This document shows positions 61,701 through 64,000 of a stretch of 64,000 nt of DNA, piece by piece. Source of the DNA: Epiperipatus broadwayi. Lineage: Eukaryota > Animalia > Onychophora. The translations under genes and the position numbers were made by a program. The number at the start of each line of letters is the position of its first letter. The first letter of the stretch is position 1. A model generated the notes under the pieces. The model did not search any database, was not told where the DNA came from, and saw only the letters and a program-made list of their open reading frames with translations. Location: NCBI GenBank assembly GCA_028023455.1, contig JAQFVV010000010.1, positions 16,802,001-16,866,000 on the forward strand, read 5' to 3'.

Positions 61701-62652
61701 AAGTACCTAAATAAAAAGTCGTCATCAAATGGCAGCCTGGGTCCGCAATCAGGGGATTCTTAGCACCCTCCGCCTTCGGCCACCAACCGCTGCCTTGGTT
61801 GGTGACTTTACAGCCTCCTGGGAATAAGGGCCATGCTTTATTTTTGTCTGTCATAATTGTATATATATATTGGAAAAATATTTATCATTTACACAAACAT
61901 TCATTCTGCCTTATCAGGCACTGAGAAGAAAGACCATGGTGTTTCTTGATCTTAAACTCAGAGGTAAAAAGCCAATAAACTCACCACGCTGGCTAATGCG
62001 TGTTGCTGAGCAGCCCATCCATGTTCGTATACTATATGAATAATCACATAGTAATAACAGCTGCAACGACAAGAACGTATGGAGTGGACATTAGGAATTT
62101 GCCCTGCTCGGTTCCTTTAAGGCCTCCAAGAGGAATCAAAGGGTCTCCTTTCAGTTAATAGCAAACTCCTTTCTGCAGCCATTATATTATATTATTGTAT
62201 TATATTGTAATCAAATTGTAGGGCATACTATACTTTTACAGTGTAAAAGAGTCTATCTCTCGGTCCGCCAAGTGCAGTCTTTCTCAGCAAACACAGCACT
62301 AGCACAGAATAAGTAAAGTTAATCAAATCTCGATTGAGTGACGAACATCTTGATGATTGCTTACGAGCAGGAATATCATCATACTCCCCTAATTATGAAG
62401 CAATTACCAATGAAGTGCAGTGCCAAAAGATTGCATTGACTTGTAATATTATACATAATTTAGTAATTTATATAAAAATATAAATGTTAATTATATGTTA
62501 AAATTTTATTTTTGAAATAATTTTTTTTTTGTATTTATGGGTATTATTAACAATATCCAACTATAAATTTACATTGAAAAAATAAATGGTGCCCGCCACC
62601 TGGATGGTATTATAGAATGTGATCTTAAGTGCAAAAAGGTTGGGGACCCCTG
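58785..62652 (+). mobile_element. Non-autonomous hAT (Charlie-like) element, about 560 bp net, interrupted by an RTE LINE
   Basis: TIR CAGGGGTCCCCAACC / GGTTGGGGACCCCTG. Perfect 8-bp TSD ACTTACCA at 58777-58784 and 62653-62660. Remnant transposase C-terminus KSRLSDEHLDDCLRAGISSYSPNYEAITNEVQCQK at about 62325-62430. Confidence 0.9.
58896..62190 (-). mobile_element. Near full-length (about 3.3 kb) RTE-clade LINE, frameshifted
   Basis: Broken ORF 61854-58912: APE endonuclease (LGTYNCRSL, IQVYAPTS, GDFNARIG, SDHR) and RT (FVDYEKAFDS, GVRQGDSISP, FTDD). (GAT/GAA)n tail. 13-bp TSD ATTATTGTATTAT at 58883-58895 and 62191-62203. Confidence 0.93.
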
Positions 62653-64000
62653 ACTTACCATTACAATAATTGCTACATTTTTATTTACTATTGTCAAACT
62701 CACTCTACTCACAACTTTGATACTATCCACCTCAGATAAATACAATAATGATTATTACTAATCATTTTCTAAACTAGAGATTATCTCTAGCACAGATATA
62801 AACTTTAAACCTCAGTTAAAGATATCGTATTTTACAATTATAATGATTGTCTTTTTATCTGCAGGCAGCATAGCGTTCATTAGAATTTATATTCAAAATT
62901 GATTGAGTGACTATATTTTGTCATTATAATGTGTATATTTTAAAATTAATTATTAATATTTTGTTATTCTATGCATTTTTGATTATGTATTGCACTGAAT
63001 AAAACTTTTTTTCTTTTTTTTTTGCTTTTGTAGACAATAAGCATTGATTGTCTTTGCAAGAATAATGGATGAAAATTAGATAAATACTTTAATCATACAA
63101 TTCTATAATCAAAACATAATATTGTATATTGAGTGTGAAGATATTTAAGATTCACGCTTTCAGATCTAAGTACTTTAGACTGCCATGGATATATAGAAAG
63201 ACAAGTAAAGAAGAGGGTGGAACCACTCTTTTCTTGTTAAATTCTCTGTCTCAGTGTTTACGATCTGATTGGCTATTGATAGTCATAAGCGCTTGAGAGG
63301 TTTGCAGTCTCTCAGTTTAATTTCAATACCGTCTGCGCTTTATAAAATAAATATTATTTAAATATTGTATATTATATAATGAAAAACTGTACTGTACCTT
63401 TCTAGCATAAAGCTTACCATATTATCCTTGGATGATGTAGCCTTAATAGAGAAAATATGAGAAAAATTAAGTTTTGGGATCATATTTTGAGGCAAGATAA
63501 GTTTTTACAAAATATTTTGGAAGGCAAAATGTTAGGAAGAAGACTGACTGAGAGGCAGATGAAGAATATCTATATTAGAAATGTGATCAGTGAAATTAAA
63601 TGTTTTCATATAAAAATATAATATGAATTGCTGAAGATAAAATAATGTGGCTGTAATGACAAGGCATTGCCTTTAGAAACTGATGATGATGATGTCATCA
63701 GGCATACAAATGACCACCATTTAATAAAAATAGGAAATGTTTTTTTAAAAAAGTTCAATTTTTTTATTTTAAAGATCATTGTAGCAAATAACCAACTGCA
63801 AATAAAAACTGTGATTACAAATTGATGATGATTGGTATGGCAAATCCCTGCATAAAGGTTCATTGTATCCTAGAGTAAAGATATATATTATATAAAACAA
63901 GTATGTATATCACATAATTAATTTTTAAAAAAAAAAAAATCATGGTCTATAAATTTTTATAGTTTAATCTTTTTACTAGATGTTTGTGATCGCCATCATC

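Noticed and set aside
51839-64000. Upstream PKC exon (start of C1A, pseudosubstrate, C2)
   Set aside because: No HKFMAT-like or QGYQCQ-like sequence found; it is probably beyond the window.

Overview
AT-rich animal genomic DNA, probably arthropod. The whole window lies inside one minus-strand, multi-exon gene for a novel-class protein kinase C (PKC-epsilon/Pkc98E type). I rebuilt 9 coding exons by hand with GT-AG boundaries and consistent phases. They run from the end of C1A through C1B and the V3 linker into most of the kinase domain; the 5' and 3' exons appear to lie outside the window. The introns are full of mobile DNA: a near full-length RTE LINE nested in a hAT element, a 5'-truncated RTE, an L1/Tx1-like relic, a BovB-like relic, a mariner relic, tRNA-like SINEs, and three 1.7-2.1 kb solo-LTR-like elements. 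The main result is a set of non-coding hammerhead-ribozyme (HHR) retroelements. At 31594-33984, a 472-bp unit carrying a type I HHR with a palindromic stem III is repeated about 5 times, partly inverted, between perfect 13-bp target-site duplications (TSDs). At least three or four other short families show the same layout: head-to-head inverted arms, a 40-70 bp tail on one arm only, TSDs of about 13 bp, and a central HHR-like core. This fits Penelope-like-element (PLE)-mobilised non-LTR retrozymes. All calls are by eye; no alignment, folding or database search was run.
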